47,799 nucleotides of DNA, taken from IMG/VR virus record IMGVR_UViG_3300037991_000189, positions 1-47,799 of that record, one strand, 5' to 3'. The notes beneath the pieces are model-generated. The model was given only the letters and a program-made list of their open reading frames with translations. It had not been told where the DNA came from and did no database searches. A program made the translations under genes and the position numbers. This document shows, in pieces, positions 45,488 to 47,799 of this stretch (position 1 is its first letter; every line of letters starts with the position of its first letter). Source of the stretch: a virus. Lineage: Duplodnaviria > Caudoviricetes.

Positions 45488-46591
45488 TTATAACTCTGCA
45501 TCTATGTTAATACTGCCACCATCATATCTAAATACAGCACCTTGACCATCAGTAAAACTACTGTCTGACCCAGTTCTTAATCTAGCAGCATGAATAGTCG
45601 TATTATGTGTTTCATCAATACTCATACTACCAACAGTATGGGCAGAACTAGAAACATTAAAACCTGAACTTGTTGACGTAATAGTAGGTATTGCTCTCAT
45701 GTCTTTTTTAAATTGTAACACACCAAAAAATCTATCGCTTGAAATCATACCATTTGTAATATTTCCACCATCAGACCCATTATGTGTAAAAAGTTGAAAA
45801 TACCTTTCACACAAAGCTAGTTCTTCCCCAAATGACCTATGCTCAAATGGTGTGGCTTGTTCGCCTACTTCCATCTGTAAGCCAGTAATTTTAATATCAT
45901 TATCAGTGCTATCAAAAAAAGAACCAATACCAACTGCTCTCATGTTATCACTTGATGCTCTTGACTCCCATGTATTTGCAGAATAAGTACCACCAGTAAA
46001 ATCAGAACCTGCATGAAAGAAAAAACTAATAACCATACTTAACGCAGTATCATCATCAAGAGTTCCTGTAGTGTCTCCTGCAAATGTTAAAACATGACGA
46101 GTCCAATCTGTTGTTGTAGTAAATTGTTGCCCATTTCTTCTGTTGTTATCTCTGTCATCTAATTCACACATAAAAGTAAAGGCTTTATTTGTTTTCATAT
46201 AAAATGAAACTGTTACTTTTTCTGCACTAGATGTTCCCTTTTTTAACTGTTGTAAATCTTGACCTTCAATTTTATAGTCCATCTTTAATACCTCACCTGC
46301 TGCAATAGAGGTATCTGCTGTAGTGCAATCCAAGTGAAAGGCATTTGCAAATCCAGGTAAATCAGTTACTGAAACTTGGGCAGTTGAAAATCTACCTGCA
46401 CTAGTAGCACCAACAGACAGTTGCCATCTATCGACAGTAGTATATCCTGGAGCAGAACCCCCTAAACCTGTAGATGAAGTACCTCGTTGGGCAACTTGAC
46501 AAGCACCATTGATAACAATATTCCTTCGCCCACCAATCTGTGAATTGGTTAGGACTTCACCCATCTTTGCTAATTCTGCTGCTTTGGTCAT
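45488..46591 (-). CDS. Tail fibre / carbohydrate-binding receptor-binding protein (start MTKAAELAK at 46591)
   Basis: GRRNIVING...QRGTS, DRW, QMEVGEQATPFEHRSFGEELALCERYF, MRAIPT. Confidence 0.8.
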   Translation of the reverse strand: MTKAAELAKMGEVLTNSQIGGRRNIVINGACQVAQRGTSSTGLGGSAPGYTTVDRWQLSVGATSAGRFSTAQVSVTDLPGFANAFHLDCTTADTSIAAGEVLKMDYKIEGQDLQQLKKGTSSAEKVTVSFYMKTNKAFTFMCELDDRDNNRRNGQQFTTTTDWTRHVLTFAGDTTGTLDDDTALSMVISFFFHAGSDFTGGTYSANTWESRASSDNMRAVGIGSFFDSTDNDIKITGLQMEVGEQATPFEHRSFGEELALCERYFQLFTHNGSDGGNITNGMISSDRFFGVLQFKKDMRAIPTITSTSSGFNVSSSAHTVGSMSIDETHNTTIHAARLRTGSDSSFTDGQGAVFRYDGGSINIDAEL

Positions 46592-46992
46592 GCTAAATCT
46601 CCATATACTGCGTTTGAATGACAATGTAAATCTTGTTTAGAGTTGTCACTGTCAGAAAAACCATTAGATGAAAATCTCGCTGCAGTATCAGCAGAACAAA
46701 TAATACTTCTATTACTATTTGTAGTGTTCATTGTACCCGGTGCTACAGGAGAGGGTGAACCTAAAACTGTATAACCTGTTGCTGACCCCATATTATTAGT
46801 AAAATTTCCATATAAACTACCTGTAGCTCTATCAGTATAACTCGCAATATTAAATGAAAAATCTATTGAATTGTCTGTATCCGTATCTATTGTGCCTATA
46901 GCCTTTGCACTGCCACTTGCAACTGTAGCAATCGGCACTGAATTATTACTACTTGCATCTGTTAATGTGTTTACTCTTAATATACTAGCCAT
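46588..46992 (-). CDS. Small tail-fibre-associated paralogue 3
   Basis: MAS.L.V start, AKA, SFNIASYTD..TG...NFTNNM, ends YGDLA. Confidence 0.8.
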   Translation of the reverse strand: MASILRVNTLTDASSNNSVPIATVASGSAKAIGTIDTDTDNSIDFSFNIASYTDRATGSLYGNFTNNMGSATGYTVLGSPSPVAPGTMNTTNSNRSIICSADTAARFSSNGFSDSDNSKQDLHCHSNAVYGDLA

Positions 46993-47405
46993 TATGCGAG
47001 GTCTCCGTGATTAACTATATCTACATCTTGAGCATCAAGAAGTCCGTGATCACTTGTCAAAGCAATCGCATGATACACCACTGTTGTTGTTCTAGCATCA
47101 TAAGGTGTTACAACTCTGTCATAGTTATCAGAAGAACCATTCCAAGCACTACCTAAAGTTGTATAATTTATAGTTGCCATTGCATTTGAAGCTGTTACAG
47201 CAACTTTACCACCTGCAACATCTGTTATAGAACCTACATTTAAGCTATCATCTATTGTATTTTCTGTTGCTAAATCTAAATGACACCAAGTCTTTGCCAA
47301 CCCTTGTTGCAGATTAGTTGTTGTACTATTGCCTTCACCTGTAACAGATATAGAACCTGCTGTGGTTACACCTGTAAATTTATCTACTTTAAGTTCACTT
47401 GCCAT
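46992..47405 (-). CDS. Small tail-fibre-associated paralogue 2 (start MASELKVD at 47405)
   Basis: QGLAKTWCH, DDSLNVGSITD, ends HGDLA. Confidence 0.8.
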   Translation of the reverse strand: MASELKVDKFTGVTTAGSISVTGEGNSTTTNLQQGLAKTWCHLDLATENTIDDSLNVGSITDVAGGKVAVTASNAMATINYTTLGSAWNGSSDNYDRVVTPYDARTTTVVYHAIALTSDHGLLDAQDVDIVNHGDLA

Positions 47406-47799
47406 TATGCTAAATCTCCGTGTACTGTTCCACACGCATTACTTTGGTCTGAATAAGTTCCAGCATCATTACGACTGTCTAATCTAAAACTTGTAAGAGC
47501 AAAAGAGCCAACGGCAGCATTTACTTGATTATCATGGTGTGTGTAATGAGCAGAATAACTTGAATTACTCATGCCATTTGTAAAGTTTATGGTGCTTAAA
47601 CCAGTACCATTATCTGTAAGACTTGCAGAGTTAAGGCTGTCATCTATAGATGGTGTGCTTTGACTGCAATGACACCAACATTTTGCTACTGCTTGAACAG
47701 TATTTTGTGTAACTGCACCATTATCTGATACATAGGTTGACGTATTAGCAACCTTTACATTCGTGCCACCTGACCCTGCTTTATCTACAATGGTATCTA
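47405..47799 (-). CDS. Small tail-fibre-associated paralogue 1, 5'-truncated (not in the ORF track)
   Basis: Hand translation ...DTIVDKAGSGG...QAVAKCWCH...DDSLNSASLTDNGTG...NFTNGM...HGDLA*. Confidence 0.8.
   Translation of the reverse strand, partial: DTIVDKAGSGGTNVKVANTSTYVSDNGAVTQNTVQAVAKCWCHCSQSTPSIDDSLNSASLTDNGTGLSTINFTNGMSNSSYSAHYTHHDNQVNAAVGSFALTSFRLDSRNDAGTYSDQSNACGTVHGDLA

Noticed and set aside
45488-47799. Diversity-generating retroelement acting on the tail genes
   Set aside because: No reverse transcriptase and no near-identical TR/VR pair differing at adenines; the paralogues are deeply diverged.
1-47799. tRNA/rRNA genes, stop-codon recoding, DNA-modification (purZ/queuosine) or methyltransferase cassettes
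   Set aside because: No cloverleaf with a T-loop was seen, ORFs tile densely under the standard code, and no such enzyme motifs were recognised.

Overview
This window is most of a tailed dsDNA phage genome with podovirus-like architecture, of the kind common in marine viromes; it is cut inside genes at both ends. The minus strand carries packaging/head genes at 1-6.9 kb (terS, terL, portal, a stand-alone GroES, scaffold). It also carries virion and lysis genes at 25.7-47.8 kb (large ejection/polyvalent proteins, tail stabilisation protein, T4-type lysozyme, 3-TM holin, tandem tail-fibre paralogues). The plus strand carries an early region (7.2-15.6 kb) and a replication module (VRR-NUC, Leu762-type PolA, Cas4-like exonuclease, SNF2 helicase, HTH, SSB, primase-helicase). 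No RNA polymerase, integrase, tRNA or major capsid gene is visible in the window. The main unexplained structure is in the early region. Ten copies of a 19-bp palindrome (GTTAGTC-N3-SACTAAC core) occur only at 7197-15578, four of them embedded in-frame in genes as VSQ(P/G)LT. By manual scan, almost the same interval lacks GCNGC, GCGC, GGCC and CGCG, to the point that the early proteins contain no Ala-Ala. This region also holds a repeat-rich 700-bp origin/control locus, a three-way-junction element at its right edge, and a DUF3150-like / MoxR AAA+ / metallopeptidase-vWA gene triad. All family assignments come from motif recognition by eye, not database searches.
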